Shown one piece after another: positions 33,191-46,864 of a stretch of DNA of 64,000 nucleotides (position 1 is the stretch's first letter; each line of letters begins with the position of its first letter). The DNA comes from Candidatus Polarisedimenticolia bacterium (lineage in GTDB: Bacteria; Acidobacteriota; Polarisedimenticolia; JACPZX01; DASXTC01): positions 2,332-66,331 of the forward strand of contig DATEEA010000030.1 in the NCBI GenBank assembly GCA_035281445.1, written 5' to 3'. Made by a program: the position numbers and the translations under genes. The notes beneath the pieces were generated by a model that ran no database searches, was not told the origin of the DNA, and saw only the letters and a list, made by a program, of their open reading frames with translations.

Positions 33191-33757
33191 GTGGCGGCTC
33201 GTTGCGGAGTGCGGTGCTTGGCCGACGTCGACATAGCGACCAGTTACGCCACGGCCCTGGCCGAGGCGCTCACCTCCCCCGATGACCTGGCGAAGGTAGG
33301 GGCGGATCTCGAACAGATGACGGCGCTCGTCAGGGAGCTGCCGTCCATGATCCGTGTCCTGGATCATCCGGGCCAGCCGATCGCCAAGCGCCGGGGGCTG
33401 CTCGACATGGTCCTGTCCAGGATCGGCGCCCACCCCACCACGGCGCGGTTCCTCCATCTGGTCCTGGACAAGGGGCGGATGCCGGTCCTGCCCGACATGG
33501 TGGCGAAGTTCCAGGAGCTGCGCGACGAGCGGCTCAACGTGGCCAGCGCCGAGGTGGTGACGGCCGCTCCCATCGACGCCGGGCTGCGCGCGGAGTGGGA
33601 GCAGGTGCTCGCCCGGCTCACCGGGCGCGAGGTGCGGGTCTCGTTTCGAACGGACAAGGCGCTGATCGGCGGTGCCGTGACCAAGGTGGGGTCGGTGGTT
33701 TACGACGGCAGCCTGCGCAAGCAACTTTCGAGGATCCGCAGGGTCCTCCTGGCGTGA
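33191..33757 (+). CDS. atpH: F-type ATP synthase delta (OSCP) subunit.
   Basis: ...[11 protein letters not shown]... ...[18 protein letters not shown] is an OSCP-type sequence with a GTG/TTG-type start. It is followed by atpAGDC. Confidence 0.85.
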   Translation: MAARCGVRCLADVDIATSYATALAEALTSPDDLAKVGADLEQMTALVRELPSMIRVLDHPGQPIAKRRGLLDMVLSRIGAHPTTARFLHLVLDKGRMPVLPDMVAKFQELRDERLNVASAEVVTAAPIDAGLRAEWEQVLARLTGREVRVSFRTDKALIGGAVTKVGSVVYDGSLRKQLSRIRRVLLA

Positions 33758-33770
33758 TGGAGAGTCGTTC

Positions 33771-35285
33771 ATGATCACGAGCATCAGGGCGGACGAGATC
33801 GCCACCGTCCTTCGGCAGCAGATCGAAGGGTTCGAGCGTGAGATCGACGTGGCCGAAGTGGGCACCGTGGTGTCGGTCGGCGACGGCATCGCCCGCATCC
33901 ACGGCCTGGAGAACTGCATGGCCGGCGAGCTGATCGAGCTGCCGCACGACGTGCTGGGGCTCGCCCTGAACCTGGAGGAAGGGAGCGTCCGCGCCGTGCT
34001 GTTCGGCGAGACCACGCTCATCAAGGAAGGGGACCAGGCTCGCCGGACACGGCGCATCATGGAAGTCCCGGTGGGGCCCGAGCTGGTGGGCCGCGTGGTC
34101 AACCCGCTGGGACAGCCGATCGACGGCAAGGGGCCGATCGAGACCAAGCTGTACGGGCCGGTGGAGAGAATCGCCCCCGGGGTGGTCGAGCGAACCCCGG
34201 TGAAGGAGCCGCTGCAGACGGGGATCAAGGCGATCGACGCCATGATCCCCATCGGGCGCGGCCAGCGCGAGTTGATCATCGGCGACCGTCAGACCGGAAA
34301 GACCGCCATCGCCATCGACACCATCATCAACCAGAAGGGGACCGGCGTCATCTGCATCTACGTCGCCATCGGCCAGAAGAAGTCCACCGTGGCGCAGGTG
34401 GTCAAGACGCTGGAAGAGTACGGTGCGATGGAGCACACCATCATCGTCTCGGCCTCGGCGAGCGAGCCTCCCCCCCTTCAGTACATGGCTCCCTACGCCG
34501 GCTGCGCCATGGGGGAGTACTTCCGCGACCGCAAGGGCCACGCCCTGTGCATCTACGACGATCTCTCCAAGCACGCCGCGGCCTACCGCGAGATCTCCCT
34601 CCTGCTGCGGCGGCCCCCCGGACGGGAGGCCTTCCCCGGCGACGTGTTCTACCTGCACTCCAGGCTCCTGGAGCGGGCGGCCAAGCTGAACGAAAGCCTC
34701 GGCGGCGGGTCGCTGACCGCCCTGCCGGTCATCGAGACCCAGGCCGGCGACATCTCCACCTACATCCCCACCAACGTGATCTCCATCACCGACGGACAGA
34801 TCTACCTGGAATCCGATCTGTTCTACGCGGGTGTCAGGCCGGCGGTGAACGTGGGGCTGTCGGTCTCGCGCGTCGGGGGCAACGCCCAGATCAAGGCCAT
34901 GAAGTCGGTGGCCGGGACCCTGCGCCTGGAGCTGGCGCAGTACCGCGCCCTGGCCGCCTTCGCCCAGTTCGGCAGCGATCTGGACAAGGCCACCCAGGCG
35001 CAGCTCGCCCGCGGCGCCCGGCTGGTGGAGATCCTCAAGCAACCCCAGTACGAGCCGCTCCCCGTGGAGAAGCAGATCGTCCTGATCTTCGCGGCCACCA
35101 ACAAGTACCTCGACGACGTCGACCCGAAGGCGGCCCGGCGCTTCGAGAAGGAGCTGTACCGCTACCTGGAGAACGCCGCCCCCCGGACCCTCGAGGCCAT
35201 CCGGACCAAGAAGGCCCTCGACGACGAGGTGAAGGGCGCGCTGCACAAGGCGCTCAAGGAGTTCAAGGAGCAGCTCGCTCTCTGA
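33771..35285 (+). CDS. atpA: ATP synthase F1 alpha subunit.
   Basis: The Walker A GDRQTGKT is present. 504 aa. Confidence 0.95.
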   Translation: MITSIRADEIATVLRQQIEGFEREIDVAEVGTVVSVGDGIARIHGLENCMAGELIELPHDVLGLALNLEEGSVRAVLFGETTLIKEGDQARRTRRIMEVPVGPELVGRVVNPLGQPIDGKGPIETKLYGPVERIAPGVVERTPVKEPLQTGIKAIDAMIPIGRGQRELIIGDRQTGKTAIAIDTIINQKGTGVICIYVAIGQKKSTVAQVVKTLEEYGAMEHTIIVSASASEPPPLQYMAPYAGCAMGEYFRDRKGHALCIYDDLSKHAAAYREISLLLRRPPGREAFPGDVFYLHSRLLERAAKLNESLGGGSLTALPVIETQAGDISTYIPTNVISITDGQIYLESDLFYAGVRPAVNVGLSVSRVGGNAQIKAMKSVAGTLRLELAQYRALAAFAQFGSDLDKATQAQLARGARLVEILKQPQYEPLPVEKQIVLIFAATNKYLDDVDPKAARRFEKELYRYLENAAPRTLEAIRTKKALDDEVKGALHKALKEFKEQLAL

Positions 35286-35291
35286 GGCGCC

Positions 35292-37973
<2,682 letters not shown>

Positions 37974-37982
37974 CCCCGGCGG

Positions 37983-38756
37983 ATGCCGGCCCCCCGGCTT
38001 TCCGTGGTGATCCCCGCCTACAACGAACAGGGAAGGCTCGGGCCGTCGCTCGCGTCCGTGCTGGCCTACGCCAGGAGGGCCCCCTTCGATGTGGAGATCG
38101 TCGTGGTGGACGACGGCTCCTCCGACCAGACCGCCCGCGTCGCCCGCGCGGCGCTCGCCTCGTGGCATTCGTCGCAGGTCCTGGCCAACGACCGCAACCA
38201 TGGCAAAGGGTACAGCGTCCGCAGGGGCGCCCTGGCCGCGCGCGGCGAGCTCCTGCTCCTCTCCGACGCCGATCTCAGCACTCCCATCGAGGAGACCGAT
38301 CGGCTGCTGGGGCGCCTGGGCGAGCAGGGGGGCGGCATCGTGATCGGATCGAGGGCGGTGCGGGGCGCGCGCGTCGAGGTGCACCAGAACCCCGTGCGGG
38401 AGGCGATGGGGAAGGTCTTCAACAGGGTGGTCCGTCTCCTGACCGGGCTGCCCTTCCACGACACGCAGTGCGGCTTCAAGCTGATGGCGCGCGCCGACGT
38501 CGTGCCGCTGTTCGAAGCGGCGCGCATCGACGGGTTCGGCTACGACGTGGAGCTGCTGTACGTGGCCGCGCGGAAGGGGATCCCCATCCGCGAGGAGCCG
38601 GTCATCTGGCGCAACGCCCCGGGCTCCAAGGTGGGGATCCTGACCGACCCGGCCCGCATGCTGCGCGACGTCTGGCGGGTGCGGCAGTGGTACGCCCGGG
38701 GCGTCTACGGGGCGGCGGGCGCCGGGCGGAAGGCCGGAGCGGCCCCCGATGCCTGA
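37983..38756 (+). CDS. Family 2 glycosyltransferase (dolichyl-phosphate/polyprenol-phosphate glycosyltransferase-like).
   Basis: LSVVIPAYNEQGRL... contains the GT-A DxD motif VVVDDGSSD. Confidence 0.8.
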   Translation: MPAPRLSVVIPAYNEQGRLGPSLASVLAYARRAPFDVEIVVVDDGSSDQTARVARAALASWHSSQVLANDRNHGKGYSVRRGALAARGELLLLSDADLSTPIEETDRLLGRLGEQGGGIVIGSRAVRGARVEVHQNPVREAMGKVFNRVVRLLTGLPFHDTQCGFKLMARADVVPLFEAARIDGFGYDVELLYVAARKGIPIREEPVIWRNAPGSKVGILTDPARMLRDVWRVRQWYARGVYGAAGAGRKAGAAPDA

Positions 38757-39261
38757 GCGCCTCGGCGGGCCGAGGGATCCGGACCGCAAGGTCGTCTCCT
38801 TGTCCGGCGCCGCAGCCGCCGCGCGGGCGGCGCGGCGTGCCGGCCGCAAGGTGGTGCTCGCCAACGGGGTGTTCGATCTGCTGCACGCCGGACACGCCCG
38901 GCTGCTGGCCGCCGCACGCCGCCTGGGGGATCTGCTCATCGTCGCGGTCAACACCGACGCCTCCGTGAGGCGGCTGAAGGGCCCCGGCCGGCCGGTGGTC
39001 GGCCACCGTGACAGGGCACTCCTGCTCGCCTCGCTGGAGGCGGTGGACCGCGTGGTCCTTTTCGGCGAGGACACTCCCATCCGGGTCATCCGCGCCGTGC
39101 TCCCCGACGTGCTGGTGAAGGGGGCCGACTGGAAGTCCGGCGCCATCGTGGGACAAGATGTCGTGGAGAGCCGGGGCGGCCGTGTCGTGCGCGTCCCCAT
39201 CGTGAAGGGCAAGTCCACGACCAGCATCGTGAGAGGCATCCTGCACCGGCCACGGAGGTAG
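38749..39261 (+). CDS. Cytidylyltransferase-like heptose-1-phosphate adenylyltransferase (RfaE/HldE domain II-like).
   Basis: VVLANGVFDLLHAGHARLLAAARRLGDLLIVAVNTD contains the HxGH nucleotidyltransferase motif. Confidence 0.8.
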   Translation: MPERLGGPRDPDRKVVSLSGAAAAARAARRAGRKVVLANGVFDLLHAGHARLLAAARRLGDLLIVAVNTDASVRRLKGPGRPVVGHRDRALLLASLEAVDRVVLFGEDTPIRVIRAVLPDVLVKGADWKSGAIVGQDVVESRGGRVVRVPIVKGKSTTSIVRGILHRPRR

Positions 39262-42200
39262 ATGAGCCAGGGGACCCGTCCCGGCTTGCCCCCCCTCCTC
39301 GCCATCGAGGGGCTGGGGGAGCCTCCGCCTCCCGGCGCCCCGTTCCCTCCCGTCACCTGGACGGGCCTCCCGCCCGCGGCGCGCGCCCTGGCGCTGCTGC
39401 ACCTGGCCGCCCCTCTCACCGTGCCGGTGGTGGTCGTGGTGCGGGGCGACGCCGAGATGGCCCGGCTGTCGGCCGACCTGAGGGCGCTGGCCGGCCTCAC
39501 CGGGGCGTTTCCGGAGGCCGGGGTGATCGCTTTCCCCGCGCTGGACGCCGACCCCTACGACGGCATCGGCGCGCACATGAGCGTGGTGTGCGAGAGGCTG
39601 CGCGCGCTCTGGATGATGCGCAGCGGCGCCGCCCGGGTCGTGGTGGTGCCGGCGCGGGCCCTGCTCCTGCCCCTTCCGCCGGCGTCGGCGCTGGAGCCGT
39701 TCTTCGTCACCGTGCGCGCCGGCGGGGCGCTCCGCCAGGCGCACGATGACGCCTGGCTGCGCGCGGCCCGGTACCGGCGCGTCGATCTCGTCAACGAGCC
39801 GGGAGACTACTCCCGCCGGGGAGGGATCCTGGACATCTTCCCCCCGGTGGCCGACAACCCGATCCGCATCGAGCTGGACGGGCACCTGGTGGCCTCATTG
39901 CGCTCGTTCAGTCCGGCCGATCAGCGCTCCACGGGGCGGCTGGAGCAGGCCGAGCTGTCGCCCGCGCGCGAGACGGTGCTGGGAGGCCCGGAGCTGGACA
40001 ACCTTCGGGCCTCGCTGCGGGGAGGCGAGGCCGGCCGGCGGCTGCAAGAGGAGCTGGAGACGCGGGGGTCGTTTCCGGGGCTGGCCGCCTTCGCCCGGGT
40101 GATCTATCCGGGGGCCCGCGGCCTGCTGGAGACCCTCGAGTCCCTGTGCGGCCGGCCGCCGCTGCTGGCCGTGGACGAGCTGCAGCGGACGCTGGACGCG
40201 CTGCGCGAGGAGAAGGAGAGCTTCCTGCGGGCCGCCGGCCCGGACGGGGAAGCGATGGGGCTGCCGGCCCCCTCCGCGCTGCTGGTCCCCGAGGGTCAGG
40301 CCGAGGGCGCCCTCCCCGCGGCGCCCCTTCGCCTGCGCGAGCTGGCCATCAGGGACGAGGAGCAGGAGGAGGCGCGCGCCAGGCTGGACTTCAGGGCGGC
40401 CGCCATGCCCTCGTACCGCGGCCGGCTCCCGGAGCTGATGGATCTCGTCCGCGCCGAGACGGCCGCCCGGCGGACCGTCTGGTTCCTGGTCAAGAGCGAG
40501 GGGCGCGCGCAGCTCGTCCGGCGGCTGCTGGCCGAGCACGACCTGTCGGCGGGCGACCTGTCGGCGCAGCGGGCCATCGGCGGGGACCAGCCGGCCATCC
40601 TTCTGGGCATCGCCGACGTGGGGGCGGGCTTCGTGCTCCCCGAGGCCCGCCTGGTGGTCGTCGCCGAGCACGAGGTCTTCGGAGAGGAGCCGCGCTACCG
40701 CAAGAAGAGCGCCCTGCCCACCTTCACCTCCGACTTCCGCGACCTGAACCCCGGGGACATGGTGGTGCACGTGGACCACGGCGTGGGCCGCTACGAAGGG
40801 CTGAGCCGCGTGGGCGAGCCGGGGAGCGAGGTGGACGTGATGATCCTCTCCTATCAAGGGGAGGACAAGCTCTTCGTCCCGGTCACCCGGCTGGATCTGG
40901 TGCAGAAATACAGCGGAGTCGGGGGAAGGGCCCCCACGCTGGACAAGCTGGGAGGGACCGGGTGGGTCAAGACCAAGCAGCGCGTCAAGAAGGCGATGCA
41001 GGACATGGCCGCCGAGCTGCTCAACCTCTACGCCGCGCGCAAGGCGGTCAAGGGGCACGCCTTCGGTCCCGACACGGCCTGGCAGCAGGAGTTCGAGGCC
41101 ACGTTTCCCTACGAGCTGACCATCGACCAGCAGATCGCCGTCAACGAGATCAAGCGCGACCTGGAGGCGTCCACCCCGATGGACAGGCTTCTGTGCGGCG
41201 ACGTGGGGTTCGGCAAGACCGAGGTGGCCATGCGCGCGGCCTTCAAGGTGGTGATGGAAGGCAAGCAGGTGGCCGTGCTGGCCCCGACCACGGTGCTGGT
41301 GTTCCAGCACCACAACACCTTCCGGGAGCGCTTCGCCGCCTTCCCCGTGCGCGTCGAAAGTCTGTCCCGCTTCAAGAACCCCAGGGAGCAGAAAACGGTG
41401 GCGGCCGCGGCGGCGGCCGGCGGGATCGACATCCTGATCGGCACGCACCGCATGCTGTCGCAGGACGTCGCATTCAAGGACCTGGGCCTGCTCGTGGTGG
41501 ACGAAGAGCAGCGATTCGGAGTGGCCCACAAGGAGAAGCTCAAGAAGCTGAAGCGCAGCGTGGACGTGCTCACCCTCACCGCCACGCCCATCCCCCGCAC
41601 CCTGCAGATGTCCCTCATGGGCGTACGGGATCTCTCGGTGATCGAGACGCCTCCGGAGAACAGGCTGGCCATCCAGACGCACCTGCTGCCTTTCAAGGAC
41701 GCGGTGCTGGCCCCGGCCATCGAGCATGAGCTGGCGCGCGGCGGGCAGGTGTACTTCGTGCACAACCGCGTGGAGAGCGTCTACGCCATGGCCGCCTTGC
41801 TGCGGAAGCTGGTGCCCCGGGCCGAGTACGCCGTGGCCCACGGCCAGATGGACGAGGGGCTTCTGGAGGAGACCATGCTGCGCTTCCTGCGCGGGGACTT
41901 CCAGGTGCTGGTGTCCACCACCATCATCGAGAACGGGCTGGACATCCCCAGGGTCAACACCCTCATCGTGAACCGGGCCGACCAGTTCGGCCTGTCCCAG
42001 CTCTATCAGCTCAGGGGGCGCATCGGGCGGTCAGACCGGCAGGCCTACGCCTACCTGCTGGTGCCGCCGGAACGGACCCTGACCGAGGTGGCCCGCAAGC
42101 GGCTCAAGACTCTTCAGGAGTTCTCCGACCTGGGCTCGGGCTTCCGCATCGCGGCCATCGACCTGGAGATCCGGGGCGCCGGCAACCTGCTGGGGCGCGA

Positions 42201-42729
42201 CCAGCACGGCCACATCGCCTCTCTCGGCTTCGAGCTGTACTGCCGCATGCTGGAGCGCGCCGTGCAGGAGCTCAGGAGCGGGGAGGCCGAGGTGGCCGAG
42301 GGGAGGGCGGCGATCCACCTGTCCGTGGATCTCAAGATCCCCGAGAGCTACATCCCCGACGAGCACCACCGGCTGATGTTCTACAAGAAGATCGCCTCGG
42401 TGTCCTCGCTGGAGGCGCTCGACGCCATCCGCGACGAGATGCAGGACCGCTATGGCAGGCTGCCGCGCCAGGGCCTGAACCTGGTGGAGGTGGCCGGGCT
42501 GCGGATCCTGGCGGAGAAGCTCCGGGTGCAGCAGATCGACTACCGGACGGGGAGCCTCTCGGTGAAGTTCTCCGAAGCCACGCCCGTGGAGCCGGAGAGG
42601 CTGCTGGGGTTCGTCTCCAGGCGAAGCGACGCGGCGTTCTCTCCGCCGGCGCTGCTGAGGGTCAAGATCGACGCCGCCGAGGCGGGCCGGATCGCCCTCG
42701 CCCGCGAGGTCCTGACGGCGCTGGCCTGA
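39262..42729 (+). CDS. mfd: Transcription-repair coupling factor Mfd.
   Basis: The 1155-aa protein has the SF2 helicase motif DVGFGKTEVAMRAAF and motif II VVDEEQRFG. The TRG/C-terminal domain is also present. Confidence 0.95.
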   Translation: MSQGTRPGLPPLLAIEGLGEPPPPGAPFPPVTWTGLPPAARALALLHLAAPLTVPVVVVVRGDAEMARLSADLRALAGLTGAFPEAGVIAFPALDADPYDGIGAHMSVVCERLRALWMMRSGAARVVVVPARALLLPLPPASALEPFFVTVRAGGALRQAHDDAWLRAARYRRVDLVNEPGDYSRRGGILDIFPPVADNPIRIELDGHLVASLRSFSPADQRSTGRLEQAELSPARETVLGGPELDNLRASLRGGEAGRRLQEELETRGSFPGLAAFARVIYPGARGLLETLESLCGRPPLLAVDELQRTLDALREEKESFLRAAGPDGEAMGLPAPSALLVPEGQAEGALPAAPLRLRELAIRDEEQEEARARLDFRAAAMPSYRGRLPELMDLVRAETAARRTVWFLVKSEGRAQLVRRLLAEHDLSAGDLSAQRAIGGDQPAILLGIADVGAGFVLPEARLVVVAEHEVFGEEPRYRKKSALPTFTSDFRDLNPGDMVVHVDHGVGRYEGLSRVGEPGSEVDVMILSYQGEDKLFVPVTRLDLVQKYSGVGGRAPTLDKLGGTGWVKTKQRVKKAMQDMAAELLNLYAARKAVKGHAFGPDTAWQQEFEATFPYELTIDQQIAVNEIKRDLEASTPMDRLLCGDVGFGKTEVAMRAAFKVVMEGKQVAVLAPTTVLVFQHHNTFRERFAAFPVRVESLSRFKNPREQKTVAAAAAAGGIDILIGTHRMLSQDVAFKDLGLLVVDEEQRFGVAHKEKLKKLKRSVDVLTLTATPIPRTLQMSLMGVRDLSVIETPPENRLAIQTHLLPFKDAVLAPAIEHELARGGQVYFVHNRVESVYAMAALLRKLVPRAEYAVAHGQMDEGLLEETMLRFLRGDFQVLVSTTIIENGLDIPRVNTLIVNRADQFGLSQLYQLRGRIGRSDRQAYAYLLVPPERTLTEVARKRLKTLQEFSDLGSGFRIAAIDLEIRGAGNLLGRDQHGHIASLGFELYCRMLERAVQELRSGEAEVAEGRAAIHLSVDLKIPESYIPDEHHRLMFYKKIASVSSLEALDAIRDEMQDRYGRLPRQGLNLVEVAGLRILAEKLRVQQIDYRTGSLSVKFSEATPVEPERLLGFVSRRSDAAFSPPALLRVKIDAAEAGRIALAREVLTALA

Positions 42730-42735
42730 CGGGGA

Positions 42736-43344
42736 TCAGAACCCCCAGCCGAGCAGCAGGCCGCCGTGCCACCCGCCCACGTCGATGTCCTCGTCCCCGA
42801 GCTCGTCGAACTCCACGTCGATGGTGGAATGGCGCACGTTGAGGCCGAGATTGAACGAGTCCCCAAGCTTCCAGTAGATGCCGCCTCCGAACCAGAAGCC
42901 GAAGCCGTTGGCGTCCACAGACTCGGATCCGAAGAATCCGTCGTCGATCTCCAGCTCCGTCCGGGCCCCGGCGATGCCGGCGCCGAGATAGGGCCGCACG
43001 GCGGAGCCGGCGATCTCCCAGGTCTTGCGGACCCCGAAGTCCACCTCGATCGTGCGGCTCTCCAGGTCGTAGTCGTAGTAGCCGTAATAGTAGTCGTCGC
43101 CGAAGATCTCCTCGTCGGCCACCGACCCCATGATGTCCACGGCCAGCATCACCGGCCAGTCGTAGCCGCCGAACGACATCTCCACTCCCAGACTGAGCTG
43201 CTTGTCGAGATCGAGGTCCTCCAGATCGTCGATCTGCTTCTGGCCGATGAAGAAATTGAAGCTCTTCTTCATGTCCGACTGCGGGACGGCCGGGACCATC
43301 AGGGCGATGAGCAGGAGGAGAAAAGCCACTCTCAATCGACGCAT
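42736..43344 (-). CDS. Outer-membrane beta-barrel protein (OmpA-like/OMP_b-brl family).
   Basis: The signal peptide is MRRLRVAFLLLLIALMVPAV. The sequence is aromatic/Gly-rich with alternating pattern. The C-terminus ...GGLLLGWGF ends in Phe. Confidence 0.7.
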   Translation of the reverse strand: MRRLRVAFLLLLIALMVPAVPQSDMKKSFNFFIGQKQIDDLEDLDLDKQLSLGVEMSFGGYDWPVMLAVDIMGSVADEEIFGDDYYYGYYDYDLESRTIEVDFGVRKTWEIAGSAVRPYLGAGIAGARTELEIDDGFFGSESVDANGFGFWFGGGIYWKLGDSFNLGLNVRHSTIDVEFDELGDEDIDVGGWHGGLLLGWGF

Positions 43345-43408
43345 CGGAGGCCTCCGGGCGCACACAAAAGCGTGGCGCCACTCTTTCTACAGGAAGTCGA
43401 TCCTCTCG

Positions 43409-45808
43409 TCAATCGGAATCTCCCGCTTCCAGTCCGGCCAGGAGGCGGCGCGCGGGTTCCTGGGAGGGGTCCAGCTCCAGCGAGGCCTCAAGCCAGCGGC
43501 GCGCCGAAGGACGGTCTCCGCTCTCCAGGAAGGCCCGGGCCAGCGCGTTGCGCACCGCCGGAAGGCGGTGCCCCGCCCGCTCCACCGCGGCGAACTCGCG
43601 GATGGCCTCGGCGTAGCGGCCGCGGATGGCCCAGGCGGTCCCCAGGTTCACCCGGCACTCCACGTTGCGCGGGTTCAGCTCCACCGCGCGCGCCAGCAGC
43701 GGCACGGCCCTGTCCGCCCGCTGCCGGCGCAGATGGAGCGCCCCCAGGTTGGCCATGGTGCCCCCGTGGTCGGGGTGCACGTCCAGCGCTCGCTCCAGGA
43801 GCTCCTCGGCGCCGTCGAGGTCCCCCGCCTCCATCGCCGCCAGCGAGAGCCAATTGAGGTGCATCACCGACTCGGGGCGCCGGGCCAGGGCGGCCTCCAG
43901 CTCCGGCCTCAGCGAGGCGACGCCCCCGTCCAGGCGCGCGGCCTGCACCAGGGCGGCCATGGCCGATTCGTCGAGAGGGTCGCGCGCCAGCGTCTCGCGG
44001 GCCAGCGTGCGGGCACGGTCGGCCTGCTTCGCTTCCAGCCGCAGCCGGGCCTCGGCCCCTCCCGCGCGCCAGCGCCCCTTTTCTCTTTCCTCCTGCATCA
44101 GGGCCACCCCCTCCTCGCCCCGTCCCGCCAGGAGGAAGGCCTCTGAGATCCGCGCCAGGAGCCTGGTGCCCGGCTCATCCGGCGGGCAGACCGCGAGCAG
44201 GCGCCGCGCCGCGGCGATCGCCTCGTCGTGCCGGCCCTGTCTCAGCCTCAGCTCGAACATCTGCGCCAGCGCCGTGCGGGAAGAGGGCGCCATCCTCAGC
44301 GCCGCCGCGATCTCCGGCTCGGCTCGCTCCAGGTCCCCGGCCGCCAGATGGACCCCGGCCATGTTCTGGTGAGCCGTGGGGAACACCGGCGCCGGCGACC
44401 CGGCCACGCCGCTCTCCGTCCCGGTTCCTCCCACGTAGCCGAGAGAGCGCAGCGTCTCCATCATGGCCGCCGAGCCAGGCTCCGCTCCCGGCGCCGGGCG
44501 CCCTGCGCTCACCGAGGCGGGAAGCGATGCGGAGGCCACTCTCCGCTCGGGGTGCGCCTGGACGAACGAGGGGTCGAAGGCCGCCGTCAGCATCCTCCCG
44601 GGCAGGCTGTCGGGGATGGGGAGTCCGGCCGCCGCGAGCAGGGTGGGGGCGACATCCACGAGCTGCACCGACCCCAGCTCGGCCCCCCGGGCCGCCCCGG
44701 GCCCGTGCACCAGGGCGATGCCATGGCGGCGGTGCCACCGCGCCGGCTGCCCCTCGATGTCGGCCGTGCGCCCTTCGATCCGATCGGGGCCGCTGGCGAA
44801 CCCATGGTCCGAGATCACCATCACCAGCGTCTCGGGCGCGGCGGCCGCCAGCAGCTCTCCCAGCAGGCGATCCTGGAGCTCGTAGAAGCGCTCCACCACG
44901 CGCCCGAAGCGCGCCACGTCCCGTTCGGATACCCCTTCCATCCGGGGGGGTGCGAAGTGGATGAACCGGTGGCAGACTTCGTCGATCCCCTGGTAATAGA
45001 CGGCGGTGAAGTCGGCCTGTCCCGACCGCAGCAGCTTCATAGCGACGGCGTGGTAGGTCATCGTCCCGGACAGGATCCGGATGAGATGGGACAACGGCTC
45101 TCTCAGGGCGCCCGGCCCGGCCGCGGCCAGCCTCGCGCGGGCGGCCGCCAGCTCGCCGCGGCCCACCTCCGCGATCCCCATCAGGAGGTCGTCGGGGACG
45201 GCGGCGTCGCTCACAAAGAGCGAGAGGACCTCCTGGTGCAGCGAGTCGGGCCACGTCAGGCCGGTCCCTTCCGCCGGAACGTCCACGTCGAACAGAGAGT
45301 AGGCGACCCGGTCGCTCACCATCCGGCCGATCACCGGCTCGGCCGGCCAGGTGGCCCACCAGGCCACCACGTCCGAGGAGCGGCCGAAGGCCGTGAAGTA
45401 GCTCCAGAGCGCCGGGACGCGCCGGGAGGCGCTGCTGACCGGTATCCTGCCGCGCCCCGACGGATCCGGGACGAGAAAGTCGATGATGCCGTGCTGGTCG
45501 GGGGTGGTCCCCGTGGCGATGGTGGTCCAGAGAAGGGGGCTGAGGACGGGCGTCATGGCCCGGGCCGAGCCCCAGGCCCCTTGCTCTCGCAGGCGGGCCA
45601 GATGGGGCAGGCGCCCCTGCCGGATGAGCGGATCGGCGATCCGCCAGTCGGCCCCATCGAGCCCCACCAGCAGGATCCTCCGTCCGGGCCGGGCCTCCGC
45701 CGGCCCGCCCACCGGTCCGGCGGGGCGGCCGGGACGCCCCAGCCAGGCCAGCATGACGGCAAACCCCGCCGCCGCGCCGAGCAGTGCGGCGCGCTGCCAC
45801 CACCTCAC
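43409..45808 (-). CDS. Alkaline-phosphatase-superfamily (type I phosphodiesterase/sulfatase-like) enzyme fused to C-terminal TPR repeats.
   Basis: There is an N-terminal transmembrane segment or signal. ...LVGLDGADW... ...VISDHGF... are alkaline-phosphatase-core metal ligands. The C-terminus has repeated TPR-like helices. Confidence 0.7.
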   Translation of the reverse strand: MRWWQRAALLGAAAGFAVMLAWLGRPGRPAGPVGGPAEARPGRRILLVGLDGADWRIADPLIRQGRLPHLARLREQGAWGSARAMTPVLSPLLWTTIATGTTPDQHGIIDFLVPDPSGRGRIPVSSASRRVPALWSYFTAFGRSSDVVAWWATWPAEPVIGRMVSDRVAYSLFDVDVPAEGTGLTWPDSLHQEVLSLFVSDAAVPDDLLMGIAEVGRGELAAARARLAAAGPGALREPLSHLIRILSGTMTYHAVAMKLLRSGQADFTAVYYQGIDEVCHRFIHFAPPRMEGVSERDVARFGRVVERFYELQDRLLGELLAAAAPETLVMVISDHGFASGPDRIEGRTADIEGQPARWHRRHGIALVHGPGAARGAELGSVQLVDVAPTLLAAAGLPIPDSLPGRMLTAAFDPSFVQAHPERRVASASLPASVSAGRPAPGAEPGSAAMMETLRSLGYVGGTGTESGVAGSPAPVFPTAHQNMAGVHLAAGDLERAEPEIAAALRMAPSSRTALAQMFELRLRQGRHDEAIAAARRLLAVCPPDEPGTRLLARISEAFLLAGRGEEGVALMQEEREKGRWRAGGAEARLRLEAKQADRARTLARETLARDPLDESAMAALVQAARLDGGVASLRPELEAALARRPESVMHLNWLSLAAMEAGDLDGAEELLERALDVHPDHGGTMANLGALHLRRQRADRAVPLLARAVELNPRNVECRVNLGTAWAIRGRYAEAIREFAAVERAGHRLPAVRNALARAFLESGDRPSARRWLEASLELDPSQEPARRLLAGLEAGDSD

Positions 45809-45946
45809 GTTCGCCCTCCCCGGCGGCCCTTGCCGCCCGGTGCATCATCACGGGGGGCGGCCCGCGCGTCAACCCGCCGCGAGACGTGGCGCCCCCCTGG
45901 CAGGGAGGCTTGCGCCCCCTTGCGGGAGCCTGCTAGATTCCCAGGC

Positions 45947-46864
45947 GTGCGCGGGGCCACCGGAGCCATATCCCACGTTTTTTCAACGGCATGGCTGTTC
46001 AGCGCCGCGCTGGCGGGGCTGTCCTGCTCGGCCGGCTCCTCGCCGGGGGAGGCCAGGGGCCCCGTGGTGGCCGAGGTCGGCAGCCGCGCCGTCACGCGCT
46101 CCGACCTCAACGGCTACCTGGAGCAGGCGCTGGGAGGGCCGGTGGAGGCCGTGGCCGCCGCCCCCGAGGTGAAGTCGAGGCTGCTCGATCAGCTCCTGGA
46201 CGAGGAGCTCCTGCTGGCCGAGGCCGCCGCCCGCGGGGTCACCGTAAGCGACGACGAGGTGAAGGAGCAGCTCCCCGGTCAGGCGTCCGAGATGGAGAGG
46301 AACAGGCGTGTGCTGCTGTTGAGGAAGCTCAAGAAGGAGATCATCCTGGCGGGGGTCTCGGTCAGCCCGGAGGAGGTGCAGAAGCACTTCGACGAGAACA
46401 TCGCCGAGCTGCGCCGCCCCGCCGTGGCGGTCCTGCGCAAGGTGCTCCTCGACACGGTCGAGGAAGCGCGCGCCGTGAGGGAGGAGCTGGAGAAGCGGCC
46501 GGCGGAGTTCGAGGAGATCGCCGCCACCAGGAGCCTGGCGCCGGACGGGGGGCAGCCCCAGGCCTACGAGGAGGAGATCCTCCCCGAGTCGCTCCGCCAG
46601 GCGGTGGCCGGCCTGAAGGAGGGGGAGCTGAGCCAGGTGGTGGAGGATCCGCAGGGGTTCTTCATCCTGAAGCTGGAGTCCAGGCAGCCGGAGCGCGCGC
46701 CGGTGCTGGAGGAGATCCGCGGTGAGATCGAGCTGAAGCTGCTGCAGGACCGCAGCCAGCAGCGGTATCGGGAGTACGTGGACGCCCTGCGCCGGCGCAC
46801 CAGCGTGGAGATCTTCCCCGATCAGCTCGGGTTCAGCTACAGGCCGAGGACGGAGGCATCGTGA
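45947..46864 (+). CDS. Parvulin-type peptidyl-prolyl isomerase (PpiD/SurA-like) with a signal peptide.
   Basis: The GTG start gives MRGATGAISHVFSTAWLFSAALAGLSCSAG. The parvulin domain is ...PAEFEEIAATRSLAP...GELSQVVEDPQGFFILKLE. The start is uncertain. Confidence 0.65.
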   Translation: MRGATGAISHVFSTAWLFSAALAGLSCSAGSSPGEARGPVVAEVGSRAVTRSDLNGYLEQALGGPVEAVAAAPEVKSRLLDQLLDEELLLAEAAARGVTVSDDEVKEQLPGQASEMERNRRVLLLRKLKKEIILAGVSVSPEEVQKHFDENIAELRRPAVAVLRKVLLDTVEEARAVREELEKRPAEFEEIAATRSLAPDGGQPQAYEEEILPESLRQAVAGLKEGELSQVVEDPQGFFILKLESRQPERAPVLEEIRGEIELKLLQDRSQQRYREYVDALRRRTSVEIFPDQLGFSYRPRTEAS